From: Zancudomyces culisetae HAW-14-8
Lineage: Eukaryota; Fungi; Kickxellomycota
Reading direction: 5' to 3'
DNA: 64,000 nt
NCBI GenBank assembly: GCA_052426225.1
Contig: JBNJNM010000011.1
Coordinates: 1,550,001 to 1,614,000 of the forward strand
Shown here: piece by piece, positions 1 to 12,190 of the stretch
How the letters are laid out: each line of letters starts with the position of its first letter
How positions within the stretch are numbered: the first letter of the stretch is position 1
Program-made: the position numbers and the translations under genes
Notes under the pieces: generated by a model
Told to the model about the DNA's origin: nothing
What the model saw: the letters and a program-made list of their open reading frames with translations, nothing else
Databases searched by the model: none

Positions 1-319
1 CCAAAATTAATCGCTGGGAAGTACTCCAGGTTGTAAATCTCATTTTTTTTGATTTAGTTTTTTAGTTTTTTTTGTTGTTAGCTGTATTAATATTAAGTAT
101 TGCCTAGTTATGTTTGGCTATAAGAATCAGAATAGGGTTAATTTTATATTTATTTGTTCCTTTTAGTGTATATTATCCAAGATTCTGGTGTAGTAAAGGG
201 ATCTTTGGCTCTTTTATATTCCTAGTTGTGATAGGTAGTTGCGTCTTACAAGATCCGATTTATAAATATATATACGTCACGTGTTTATCTTTCGATCTAT
301 CTTCTAAATATTAGCGACA
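1..319 (-). mobile_element. Possible LTR end or LTR-like promoter, truncated by the window edge
   Basis: The minus strand starts TGTCGC at 319, the same TGTCG terminus as the solo LTR at 54247. TATA-like tracts follow, then an ATG at 43 (MRFTTWSTSQRLIL...) that runs off the window. The other end and any TSD are not visible, so it could be an ordinary promoter. Confidence 0.3.
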
Positions 320-3234
320 CCTTTTAATAACTAAAGGATACGTCTAGATTAGTCTAAGTAACAAAATAGTTAATATTAGTGTTATATTAAGAATAACTAA
401 CAAAAGTTGTTTGTATTGATAATAAAATGGAGAGGATGCACTATTTATCCTTTATATACCTAAACGGACAGTCAACTTTGAAAGCTAAGGTAGATTTTGG
501 TCATATGCAGTAAAGCTGTCAATACCATGTATTTAAAATGAGGTACTACCCCTCAAGTAGCATCAAAGACATGGTTAGCAAATAGATAAATGGTAAATTG
601 TGTGCTTTTGATCTAACGAAATAGAGACCCAGTAAAAGGACAAAAAAATAATTGCTTTAAGATACGCAGATCGATAACTCCGCAGCTTTAACATTAATAA
701 GCTGTGCATAGCATATTTAATTGGTATTGTCCCTGTATTTGTGTTGACATAAAATATTCTTTTGAAGTCGTGGACTATTTGAAGAATGTAGATCAAAAAA
801 CGTAGGTACATAAACCAGAATAAATACTTAATTTTTATTTATGTATATGCCTATACACGCTGGTGCCATAACTTTCTATTTATTTGCGTATATACACTTA
901 TTTAACAATTTTCTTAATGTCCTAGGCATTTGAATTTGGTTGTTTTTCATGCCCAACCTGAAATTGATCATCATCGAAATTGGGCTTTCAAATGTGGGGT
1001 TTGTAATAAAACTTATAGTCTATTAGAATTTGTTTCTGGTTGTATCCATACATGTTTGTATATTGGTGTGCTACACATACATATCCGTTTTTTTTCCCTT
1101 TAACTCCCATTCAAAATTATTTATGTACTTAGCAAGAAAAAAAAACTGATCGACTTTCAAGCAAGCATTGAAATTGGCCTCAGAAAATGATTGTCTCTTT
1201 TCTCTAGCACTAGCAAAAACAACAGAAAAGTATAATGAAGATCAAAAACGTATCCAATAAAAGAGCCACTTGAAACCAGCATGAAAATGCCTAACTGGGC
1301 ATAAAAGGACATAAAAATAGATGCTTTTATATGTGCAACTACCCCAAAACCAAACCCGGTTTCTTATTCACGAGTTGCGTGCGGCTAGGTTTGGGTCCTT
1401 TGCTACACTTTTTTTAGCATTATGAACTTTTTTAGATATATTTCTATATGGTCAACACGCCTAGATGCTTTTATATGGCGATTTCTAGTCCTTGACATCA
1501 GAGTCTCTATGTAAAACACATCTCCGTACATTACAATCGGGTTAAATGAAAAAAAAACCACCAAGAAGACATGTCGTGTGCTGACGTTGTAACAAATTAC
1601 GCAATCGCGTATAAGGCATTACTCCACTGATTGAGTAAGCTGTTTTTAGACATACTTGTTGAGACAGAGGATATAGTACGACAGCAGAAAAATTCACATC
1701 GTAAAATCTACCAACCAGCTCATGTACCTTTTTTTTTGGAAAGACAAAAGCTGAAAAGAATAAAACAGGTTGAGAAATATGGAAGGGGGAAAGGCGCAAT
1801 CTATACTTGTGTGGTTCCATTTGGTGGCACACAACTCTATGCTTGTGTAAGGAAAATTCATATGAACGGAACCACATCAAAACCCATAAAAAGTAGTTTT
1901 TTTTTTATTAAAAAAAAGGTTTGATGGTGGTGTGTATGTACTGAAGAAAAAGGAAAAAATCTTTTACTTTTTGAACTACAAGTATACTTTGATTCAAAAC
2001 TACAGTTCAAATTTGCTTTTGTTAGCACCATCACTTATTTTTGCACGTGGGTTGAAAGAAGCAAGAATAAAATACTAGCAGCGTAAAATATATGAGAAAA
2101 CATGGATACTTTATAGTATCTATCCAACGGACAACAAAATATCTCATACAGACTAAATGCAATAGAAAAAACGTAAGCTGGTGCAAAAGGGGGGGGGGGT
2201 GGTTCGTTGTTAAAAATAGAAAGACATTTTCCATCCTTAGAACTATGAGCATTTGAGTTGCATGACCAAAAGGAAAGGGTTTAACCAAGAAAAAAAAACA
2301 TAACCCATTCTTTTGTCCGCTATATGTCTTCGAAGGTAAGGGGCATTTACTTTACAGGTCATGCACCAGACGTAAAAGCGAGTGATTTAATTTGTCAGCC
2401 CGGAAGCTGTCATTGAATTCCTCCATATTTGCCCATAAACGAATTTTACGAAACGCTGATTAGACCATTTAGAATTGATGTGGTCTCATGACTTGATTTT
2501 TCCAGCTTTGTAATTTATGTATTTACCAAATTGAACATCCAAAATCACCCTAAATGACATGTTTATATCGTTTTTTCCCAAAGCTATTTAGAGTGAGAGG
2601 TGGGGGAGGTAAACCATAAGAAAAGAACATTTGGGTGTTGCAAAGCACGGCTTTCCGCTGTTATTTGATTTTGTGGTCTTGTATTTTCAGTTTTTCAGCT
2701 TTTTGCTTTTCTTAGTGGTTGAGAATTAAAGCTTTTTAGCGAGGGAGAGAGGAACAACCACAATTACCAAATTGGCGAAATTCTACACAAAAAAAAGTAG
2801 CTACAAGGTGATTTAACGAAATTGGTTCATGTGAACATGTAGGTAAAAAAAAATTGGTGCTATACTTGACAAAAGCATTGTTCTAATTAAATGAGGTCAC
2901 AGCTTGTTAATATCCACAAAATAAATCAAAAGACGAGGCGCAAGGAAAACACGCATTTGTAGTATAATAAGCTGAAATGAAACGTAAAAGTGTCTTCAAG
3001 CATTCAGTACTTTTTACTTGAAGCAGGAAACTAGGTGATGGGAAGAAGAAATTAACAGTAACACAGTCATTCTATCGTGTAATATAAAATCTCTACTGAG
3101 CTGCTATTTAAGTGATTTAAAATTACTTTATTTAAACTTTAAAAGTCAAATTTGAACCCACAAAAGAAAAACAAAAAGACAAAAGAAAAAAAGACAAAAG
3201 AAAAACAAAATAGAACAAGAAATAATAGGTAGAA

Positions 3235-4826
3235 ATGAATAAAGGCAGCAGAAATAGTGATGAGAAGAACCGAGCGAAAAGAAGATCGACAAGTAGCGAG
3301 GGCACAGGTGAATCCAGAAATAGCAATAAAATTATTTTGTTACAAGAAGAGGCTCTTGACGGCAATAATGGCTATTTGGGATATATGACCATCCCTGAAC
3401 AAAGATATATCCACGAGTCTGGTCTCCAAACGACCAGTAGTGAACAGGAATCTAGAGAAGAAAGTTCGATGTCACGTAGCTCTATGGGTAAGTATTTTTT
3501 CTATTTAGCCTGGCTTTATATATGTTTACTTGCACACAGAAAGTAAAAAGGGTACAGTTTGTGACATAATTGAGCGCGATTCTGCTTATAGGTGAGTGGG
3601 AAAATATTTCTAGCAGTGAGCTGATGAGTGGTACGCCTGAGGAAGGTCGACAGAGAAAGCGAAAGGAAAAATGGGCAGAGAAAGAGAAAACAGGGAATCC
3701 GAGACAGCCCGAAGACATTAGCAACAGAATGAATTTGAGCTTTGTGAATATTTACGAAAAAAAACACAAGAAAAGAGAAGATGTAGGTAATCTGATAGCA
3801 AAGGGAGTTCCAGTGCAGAAAGGTGGTTTCGAGCTGGGTTTTGGAGAGGAACAGCCTGAAAGGGAGTTGGTCCAGCAGAGGGGAGTTTTTGAGTCAAAAA
3901 CTCCCATAGCTACAAAGCTTACTAGGGGGTCGTTTACGGATAGCAAACTCAATGAGAAAAAATACATTACTCCAAATTATCACTATTATTACAGCGACGA
4001 GGATGGGGATGAGTTTGAGTACGAAGATTTACGTGGTTATAGGGCTGATAATAACCTTGATGATAAGGATATAAAAACAGGTCAACAAAAATATCTGAAA
4101 CAAGGCCGGTCAAAGGGAGGACACAGAAAACCGAGGAGAGTGGAAAAGGGTTTGCAACTAAGAAAAAGCATCGAGGCTGAGCTGATGCCGAGTGGAAAAC
4201 AAAGGGTGGCCGGCTCCCTGCCCAAGCACAGCGATGGCGTAGTTTTAGATCCTCCGTACAACGTCTCAAGAATGATAGTAAGAGCATCACCATTCGGAAA
4301 GAAAAAAACATCCCCTCGCTCCCATAGTGAGATATACTACGTGAGTACACGAAAGAATCTGGCAAGCGAACGAACTATACTGTCTGACTCGGTACAGTAT
4401 AGAAGAGCAGGCACCCCCAGCGACCAGAGCACAAGTGCACTGAGAAAAGTTGCTAGGGCATCATGCAGAAAAATTGCTGAGTTAAATGCGCTAGAAAATG
4501 CGAAAAAAGAGGCGGAGGGCGTTTGCATTCCCCAGAACACTTCCGAACCTACACAACAGCGAAGCTTCAGTGCGAGAAACATAGGACACGTGGGATCATT
4601 GGGGGTTTCCGATTTTCGCGGCAGCCAGTCCATGTATGAGAATCCAAGTGTATATGTTGAATCTCTTGCGCATGTTCCAAGTGTGCCCCCTAAACCCTCT
4701 AAATATCTTGATGATCGAGGTAGGTTTGTACTTATAGCAGAGTTGTTATTAAAAGATAGCTTTTATGCGGATCAGTTGATTCAGCTTTGTATTTTTTGTT
4801 CCACTGAGTCTGTGCTTTTGTTTTAG
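3235..4826 (+). CDS. Hypothetical, largely disordered charged protein (at least 2 exons)
   Basis: ORFs 3235..3546 and 3570..4826 join in frame through intron 3488..3591 (G|gtaagt...ttatag|GT gives Gly). No domain recognised. The 3' end may be spliced differently (gtaggt near 4720). Confidence 0.6.
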
Positions 4827-4991
4827 TATTTATTTTTTCTATAGTAAAAAAAAAATAACAATAAAGCCTATTAATATTAACGGTTGGGATGGGTTGGATA
4901 TTATTTTATTTTATTTTATTGAGACTATATTCGTTGTGTAAGAATATAATGATCCCGCGCCGGAGGTGTTTGACAGAACCAGGTTTGTGTC

Positions 4992-6058
4992 TCAGTGTGA
5001 TTGAAGCTTGGATTTGACCTGCTCAGCTATTAAACTCGCTACTTCATATGTTATCAACTCTCTTGGTTGATAATTCAATCCACAGTCGTACGCATACAAT
5101 ATAGATGTATCGTTGATCTTCACAAAGAGTCTATCCAACAACACAATAGAATTACAAATTCTGGAAATATTTTCTCTGTCTGATAAGCTGATATTCTAAA
5201 TAAGTGTCAGGTTAATGTTTTGTTTTGAATATTAGTGCCGCAAAAATGATAAAAAGCAAAATAAAAACATCAAAAATAAATCATAGATTAGCTACACTTA
5301 AATGTTGTTCTTACCTCGTTTTTATTTGAGTACATCAACTCTGACGTTTCCTCCAACCGCTCCTTCGAAACGTGTTTCATTACCCAAATGTACCCATTAA
5401 CCCCTAACACTACGTCAACTCCACATGGTAGGTGTAACAGATGGTTTCTACTTCTAACAATCAGATTTGGTCTAACCTTAACAAGACTCCCATTTTTTAA
5501 TTTTCCATATTCAAGACTACGTGTATGTAACGACAACGCCCCATCAGAAAATGCAGATTGAACCTCTGCAAACACCATATCACCCTCTTGGAAAAAACTG
5601 CGCATTTGTAATTCGTCCGATTCGGATTTTCTTCTTTGTATTCCTCCCGGTAGATTTACAGAAGACAACAACAAAACCGCATCTTGCCTTGAATTAACAT
5701 CAACCATCCACCGTTTTGGCCCTATTCGCGTTATTCTCCCCACAATAGTGTCTCCTATTTCTCCCACAAAGCGATGTTTTATACCCCTGACCGATATTAG
5801 TCGATTTATTCGCTCTACATTTCCTGTAACCGCCGAGTATATTTTATCATTCTCCATAAATGTCCCATGACCCCTATTTTCAGTATAGTTTTGAAAATTA
5901 AATTAAACCTATTCTATTTAATTTGTGTATAATATATTTTTAAAAAAAGCAGAAAAAATAACAAAAAATAAATCTTACTTCATAAATGTCATATCTGATG
6001 TCACCAACGCCCCTGGCGAAATAATGTTACTCATAACCTCTGCGTCCTCTATCTCCAT
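4992..6058 (-). CDS. RRP4: Exosome complex component RRP4 (EXOSC2), 3 exons
   Basis: Exons 6058-5979, 5873-5315 and 5195-4992 with in-frame GT-AG introns. Motifs FMKGHGT, GEIGDTIVGRI, LLLSSVNLPGGIQRRKSESDELQMRSFF and VLGVNGYIWV. Confidence 0.95.
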
Positions 6059-6902
6059 CTTTTATTTCGGTGCTGAATGTTTATGCTCTTTTCGATTTTT
6101 TATATAAAATATGAGATATAGCCTTGAAACCTACAAATACCCAAATATTTATCGTACACACGCCTTTTCCCTAAGATCAGAAAGCAGTATTAAAAAAATA
6201 TTATTACTTTGGGATATATTCAGCAACAACAAAAACTGGAAAAAGAATGAGTTTTGACGTTAATGTATAAAAAATTCTACAATAAATATACCAAATTGGC
6301 TTGGTAAAATTTTTTCCGCATATTTAATTGGTTCAAATAAAAATGAACAGATCCAGAAATTGCAACCAAAGCTGAGATTTAGAAATCCAATATTCACCAA
6401 AACAAAACGGATATTCTGCCTTCAATGTACTCATGATCCACGAAGATCTCACACATTTAGATGTATATACCCCTTTTCTAGTACTTTATTAAAAAAAAAC
6501 GAATAAACGAAATTCGATGCAATACCAAATCGTAATGACGCGGCAAAAACGAGGAATACCGGAAAAAAGCGATTATTGAACTACTAGGCTGTAGTTATGG
6601 TATCTAATTTATTTTTCTATCTAGCCTTTTTTTTTGATCCCGCACAAGCAAATAAAGGTGTCTTTATTTGTTTATTTATATATAAATATAAAGACTCAAA
6701 ACACTGTCTAATATGCTAAAGCACATAAGAATGCAACCCAAAAGCTCTATAGTATTCAAATTCTTTACGATTCCACCGAGGTGATGTGATGTAAATGTAC
6801 ATAGGGTTGTAAGATGCATAGCAGGTCTATAACTTCACAAAATAACAACATCATTTTAAATAGTGAGCAGCAAGAAAGCTGACCACTTGATATACAATTA
6901 TC

Positions 6903-7933
6903 CTACTCCGAATCGGAACACTCAACTTCCATTGTATTGCCAAATTTATCTGTTATCGTTTTAGTTTTACTTTTAGCGTTTTCTGCTGATCCATTGCTTT
7001 CGTGTAAACTATCACAGGAGGACTCGGTATCTTCGCTGGAACTAATCCCCTCGTCAGCGTAGCTATCGCTTATTTTGCTTTTTTTCATTTCGTTTTCCAA
7101 TTCCATTTGCGCAATATACTCGTTTTGCACTTGGATAACCTCCTCTGAGCTCTTGCAACTGGAATACTTTTCAAATAAATCCTTGTTGATCTCCCTAAAG
7201 GCTGGACCCCATTTGAATTTACTCATGATTTCATCTCCATAATCGTTTAACCCACATATAAACAAGGCTGCCGCCAATGCTTCTGCACAATTCAGTTTGC
7301 AGGGTTTTCCATAGTTGACCGGGTTTGCTGCAACCAAATAAGGCAGTAGTCGATTATGTCTCGATTTTATCCGATGAAAAGGTACCTCCTCAATCCGAGC
7401 CCACGAGCAATCAATCGTTCCTAACCCATACCTCAATATTATGTCTCTATCATCCGGTGAGACCGTTTGTGTACCAACAGGGCTATTATAACAGTTAAGG
7501 GAAAGAATCAGTTATACTCAACAATAAAATGACGTTGCATGAATGAGATAAGAAAAAATCTGGGATTTTAAATCTACACGTGATTTTGTTGTTCTTTGGG
7601 GCGTTCAATTGCTACAATCAATAAATACAATAAAATACTGTAAAAAGAATACCTTGTCACTATACCATGAAATGCTTGCGAAAGCTTAAGCTCTTTCAAA
7701 ATCCCCATTCTTTCTAGTCTTCTTCCCGAGCATCTTTTGGGATCACAGTGATCAAAGTCCCACATTGTCAATGCAAACGGAATTTCTTTCGATTGTTCAT
7801 TTTCGCTTTCTCCATCGCCATGGGTAGGATCCTCGGAAAAATCGCGAGGCTGTGTCCATTCCTGATATCGCTTGTAGCTATTATGGTGCGTTCTGCTTCC
7901 CTGACCTCTTCCACCTCGACCTCCTCTTACCAT
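6903..7933 (-). CDS. TSR3: 18S rRNA aminocarboxypropyltransferase TSR3, 2 exons
   Basis: Exons 7933-7653 and 7482-6903. Motifs [55 protein letters not shown] and FKWGPAF, plus an acidic tail. Confidence 0.95.
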
Positions 7934-7967
7934 TTTTGGTTTTGATTTTTCGTTCGCTAAACAACTC

Positions 7968-7987
7968 GTAAAAAAAAATTTTTTTAC
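7968..7987. promoter_or_regulatory. RRPE-like A/T palindrome upstream of TSR3
   Basis: GTAAAAAAAAATTTTTTTAC lies about 35 bp upstream of the TSR3 ATG and resembles the yeast RRPE core AAAAWTTTT. A similar AAAATTTTTT tract sits upstream of RRP4 near 6306. The AT-rich background makes this weak. Confidence 0.25.
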
Positions 7988-8358
7988 TTTAAAATGTTGG
8001 TTTATCTACTTGAGCGCACTTTTATTTTTTTTATAGAAATGGGGAAATGAACTAAATACTTGGAATTGATGCAACCTAGATTATTGGAGGTGGGCCGGTT
8101 TTTTTAGATCCGCCTCAATCTTGGCTTTCAATCCATTGGCCAGGCAAATTCCACCAGTTGTTTCTGGCCTTTGGCTTTAAAAGTGCAGGAGCGAGTTTGA
8201 GCCAGGTTTTGTAAATGGAGAGGTATATTTTTTAAAACGGGTTTGTATTTAATGCAAAGCTTTATCATATAATAATCTTTACTAAAATAAAGTTTGTGCG
8301 CTTTTTAAAAACAATTGAAGCTAAAATATCAACAAAAAGTAACCCCCCCCCTCCGAAA

Positions 8359-8646
8359 ATGGATTTCTCAGGATTAAGCGAAAACCGAGAGGAGAAAGCA
8401 AAAGAATGGAAAGAAAAACTCGATGGAAAGTATCTGATTATTGATTGCGAATCCTTGGTGCCGTCTAATTACGACAAAGCTACTGCTCTGCAAGCCAAAC
8501 CCGAACTACAGGTTTTGCTGTCTTCATTACCGGAACCCCGCCGAGTCTTAGGTCCTGGAGTACCTGTGACCAGAGATTTAAGACTTAACAGACTGAATGT
8601 AACGATAGATAGTACTGGTCTCATAAAAAACGTTTCTTTCTTTTAG
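8359..8646 (+). CDS. Peptidase inhibitor I78-family small protein (95 aa)
   Basis: First ATG is at 8359. The C-terminus RVLGPGVPVTRDLRLNRLNVTIDSTGLIKNVSFF fits the I78 pattern RVxxPGxxVTxDxxxxRLNVxxD. Confidence 0.75.
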   Translation: MDFSGLSENREEKAKEWKEKLDGKYLIIDCESLVPSNYDKATALQAKPELQVLLSSLPEPRRVLGPGVPVTRDLRLNRLNVTIDSTGLIKNVSFF

Positions 8647-9351
8647 CGTTCTAATGTATTTGGCTTGCTTCTTTTTTTTTTTGTTTTGAGTTGGTAGTTT
8701 AGTACCTTTTGGTGCAATTCAAAAATCCTTTGGGTATTAAAGCTGATGAAAAGTTTGTAGTTACTACCAAATATTAGTTACTGTGTCGTCTTTTTGGGTC
8801 GTTTTTGCATAGTGTTTTTTTTTGAGAAAAATACACTTGTGTACAGTCGCCAACACTTTTAAATGATAAAAAATCCAATAAGTGTTTGGTAGAATACAAA
8901 GATTGGTGATGCTACAGCCTGGGTCATATTTTGAGTTTCACATAATAATGTATTGTATATTCATTATTTGGCCATGCCATTGTCAGCACACTGTCACGTG
9001 TAGTAGAACTTGCCCCCCCCCCACCTCCTACTCAGCTGTATGACTGAACGAATGTGTACGAGTAAAATATATGCTGGTCTTCTGGAGTTTCTAAACTACA
9101 TTTTCATTTGCATGCACCAATTTATTTTTTTTTCTGTAAAATACCGCGCGAAGGGCAGTTAAGAACAGGAAGTGCTAGTCTAAATGACGAGGAAATGTTA
9201 ACAAGGTGATAGAAAATCTACATGATTAAAAAAGGAAGGATTCTAATATCCCTTATGAGTTAAGGTAGCAATGTAATGATAATAACAATAATAAATCATA
9301 AAAAAGGCTAGAATGGGAAGGTTGTTCCCGGCCGAGTAATACCCAGTGAGC

Positions 9352-12190
9352 CTAAAAGTCCAGGCTCTTGTATATCAAATCTGTACCAGATATTGCTATT
9401 TTGCCTTCGTTTAGGTAGCCTGCGTTGTTTTTTTCAATAGCATCGGTAATGTAATTATAGTTACACATAAGACCGAGCGAGTTTCTAATTCCACGGCTTG
9501 ATGGATCTGCCATCCAATTTATACAATGAACAGAAGCACCATTTTTTAAGTGGAAATTTGCAACAGGATCAAAGGCAATCTTTGTCTCGCCTCTTTTCTC
9601 CTTTAAAATATACCTAATTAACGTTATTGAGATAGGAAGTGGTGATTGTTAGTAGCCTGAGAACATCGTTGAGTAAAGATAATTTTTTTAAGCAGTTAGT
9701 ACAATGTACGTGGGCTGAGTGCCTGACTTACCTAGCACCAAGCTTTAAAATGACTGATCTTATTTGGTTCAGCGTCTCGACATTCTTTGCTATTTCTCGA
9801 TCCTCTAAGATTCTCTGCAAAATAAAAAAATATTAAATAGTTGTTAGTAAAAGTACTAGCAAGAGACGGGGCAAATAGAAAAAAAGATAGTAATTATGAG
9901 GAAGAGATCTGTTGTGTATATCTAATATGTACAAGTAGAGGTTGATAGACAGAATCTTAAATATCTACTAAATTAGGTGATTCAATTACTCTTAGTCCTT
10001 CCGTCCAGACTTTAGCCTCGGGTACAATTCCAGCAATGACTTTTTCTTCCTCTTCTGTAATTCTCATATCAGGATTCTCGCAAATGTCAGGTGTAAGCCA
10101 CTTCTTGAGCCACGTAGTAAACAAGGGCATCGGGGAAAGAGTGCAGAATGTTCCAAGATTGGGAAACTCGTTCTGTAAAACACTTGTTACTCTCTTGATT
10201 AAAAAGCTCCCCAGATCTACCCCTGCTATTCCAGGTTGAGAATTTATGGAATAGAATATAGCAACTTTTGCGTTTTTTAACTCGTCTTCAGAAAATGGAG
10301 TCGACGTGCTTAGTATTTCCTAGAAAGTTATCAACAAAAGAAAAGTTAAAAATTGTCAGTAACCTGTGTGCGAAAAATTGCCTTTTATTACTAAAAAAAC
10401 GTATGTTATCTACTACGCTAGTATAATACGCTCACCTTTATATTTGTACTTATTTCAGAGGCAAATGCAACCTATTAAAATATTTTTGTTTGTGCTTATT
10501 TATACAAAATATCCAAATACACCATCAAATCCTGGATTGTAAAATGCAATAAACATACCCAAACAAAGACGAGGGGTTCAAGGGATGCGTTTTTGTGAAA
10601 GAACCCAAAACATCTTCTGCCAGGACCGAGGCGCCGTTTCATATCCTTTATCGTTCGAACGCTGTGGACACTCTCGTATTTTCCGAGCTAAATTTGCATA
10701 CAAACATTGATATTCTATGTTTAGTTTGAAGAATTTCTAGAAATATACAAATATAGGCAAAACATAATGCTGCCGAGAAACCTTTTCTATCGTGGAGGCA
10801 GGTGAGTTCCAAGTAATTAGTTTCAAATCAAGCGTTCCAATGATCCACGTTTGAATTCGAGTTTTTAGATAATCTGCCATGATTTTGACCAGTTTGAGGC
10901 TTTTATCCTTCTCGAAAATATCCTAGGATTGGTTATTAGACACATTTACGATTAGCTAGATAGTTTGGTATCTTAGTATTTTGTTCATACAGACTGTTAG
11001 GTTTCGATTCAAAATGAAAGCATGCTTCTTTAAGAAATAAAAAAATAAAAAAGAGTGCAAAAAGCAGTTGATCAAATAATTTACCAGCATGTCTGCCCTC
11101 ATATGGATCAGTGCTATAAAGCCTTCAGACAATCTATGAATTTTTTCAAATAGTTCATCATATTGTGGGATCAGGCTGTTGTTTAGGCTCTTTAATTCCT
11201 TGACACATCCTTCTACAGTCTATATTAACACAAGTTGTAAGTCATAGAGCTAATACACGATTAATTACGCTGTTTACCTTATTTTTATCTGATGACACCA
11301 GCAAACTCGACGAAGCATCGATTATTGGTTTTATAGCATAACCTAATTAATAATTTTATACCTTTTATCATATTTTGCAACGAATGAACATTTAAGTAAA
11401 AATATAGCAAAACGAGAAATAATAGACAAATAAAGTGAAATGTTGCGTACCGTACTCACGAGCCAGGACAGATAAAAACAGTATTTTTTGGCCCTATTAC
11501 AAAATATCAATGTTAATTCTATCAAGTGAACAGAGCTCGCACTAAAAGTGCCACCTGGCTTGCATCCCTCACAACAATAAATAAAAACGTAAATATACCT
11601 GCGAAAACATTTTATACTGGTCGCACAGCCTCTGCGTACTATGGGATGCGTAGAGTGTCGCATTACTACCATCGGCTGGTAATACTGTGTCAATAAGTTT
11701 TTTCATTCTTTCTTCTGTGTCGTAGCTCTCTTTTTCAATTGTGTTTATAATAGGCTCCACTTCTAACAGAAATAGTAAATTTGTAACATATTAAGCTGAA
11801 TCCAAATTGGGATTTTTAAAACGCTCTCATATCCCCACTACTTGTATACTCTGGGTGCTTCTTTTCATTTAATTATCACATTTTTTTGAATGTACTCATT
11901 TTTAAATGCTATAAAAGTATTAAAAAATGTTCTTTACCTTTATGGTACATATAATACCTTCTCCCAAACAAGGTATTATTAATCGACGAGAATCCATATA
12001 CATTTCTTGGTCCTAAATTAACAGCATCAACAGCAAAAAACCTACCAATGGCTGTAGTTCCGGGCTTGTAACATGTAACACTGCTTATCTTGGGCAGCAC
12101 CACACAGCAAGCGCTTCTCTTCCAAACATTTCCGAATTCTAATACTCTCGAACCGCACTTTTTTAGTCTGGGATTTAAATAAATACTCAT
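9352..12190 (-). CDS. MLYCD: Malonyl-CoA decarboxylase with an N-terminal mitochondrial-type presequence, about 11 exons
   Basis: Exons joined by hand give [95 protein letters not shown] and [33 protein letters not shown]. Exon 1 is 12190-11938 and exon 2 is 11762-11599. The in-frame stop TAG is at 9354-9352. Confidence 0.9.

Noticed and set aside
114-2288. Short ORFs in the first 2.3 kb (e.g. 1631..1924, 1542..1880)
   Set aside because: Mostly non-ATG starts, homopolymer-driven composition and no motifs. Likely spurious.
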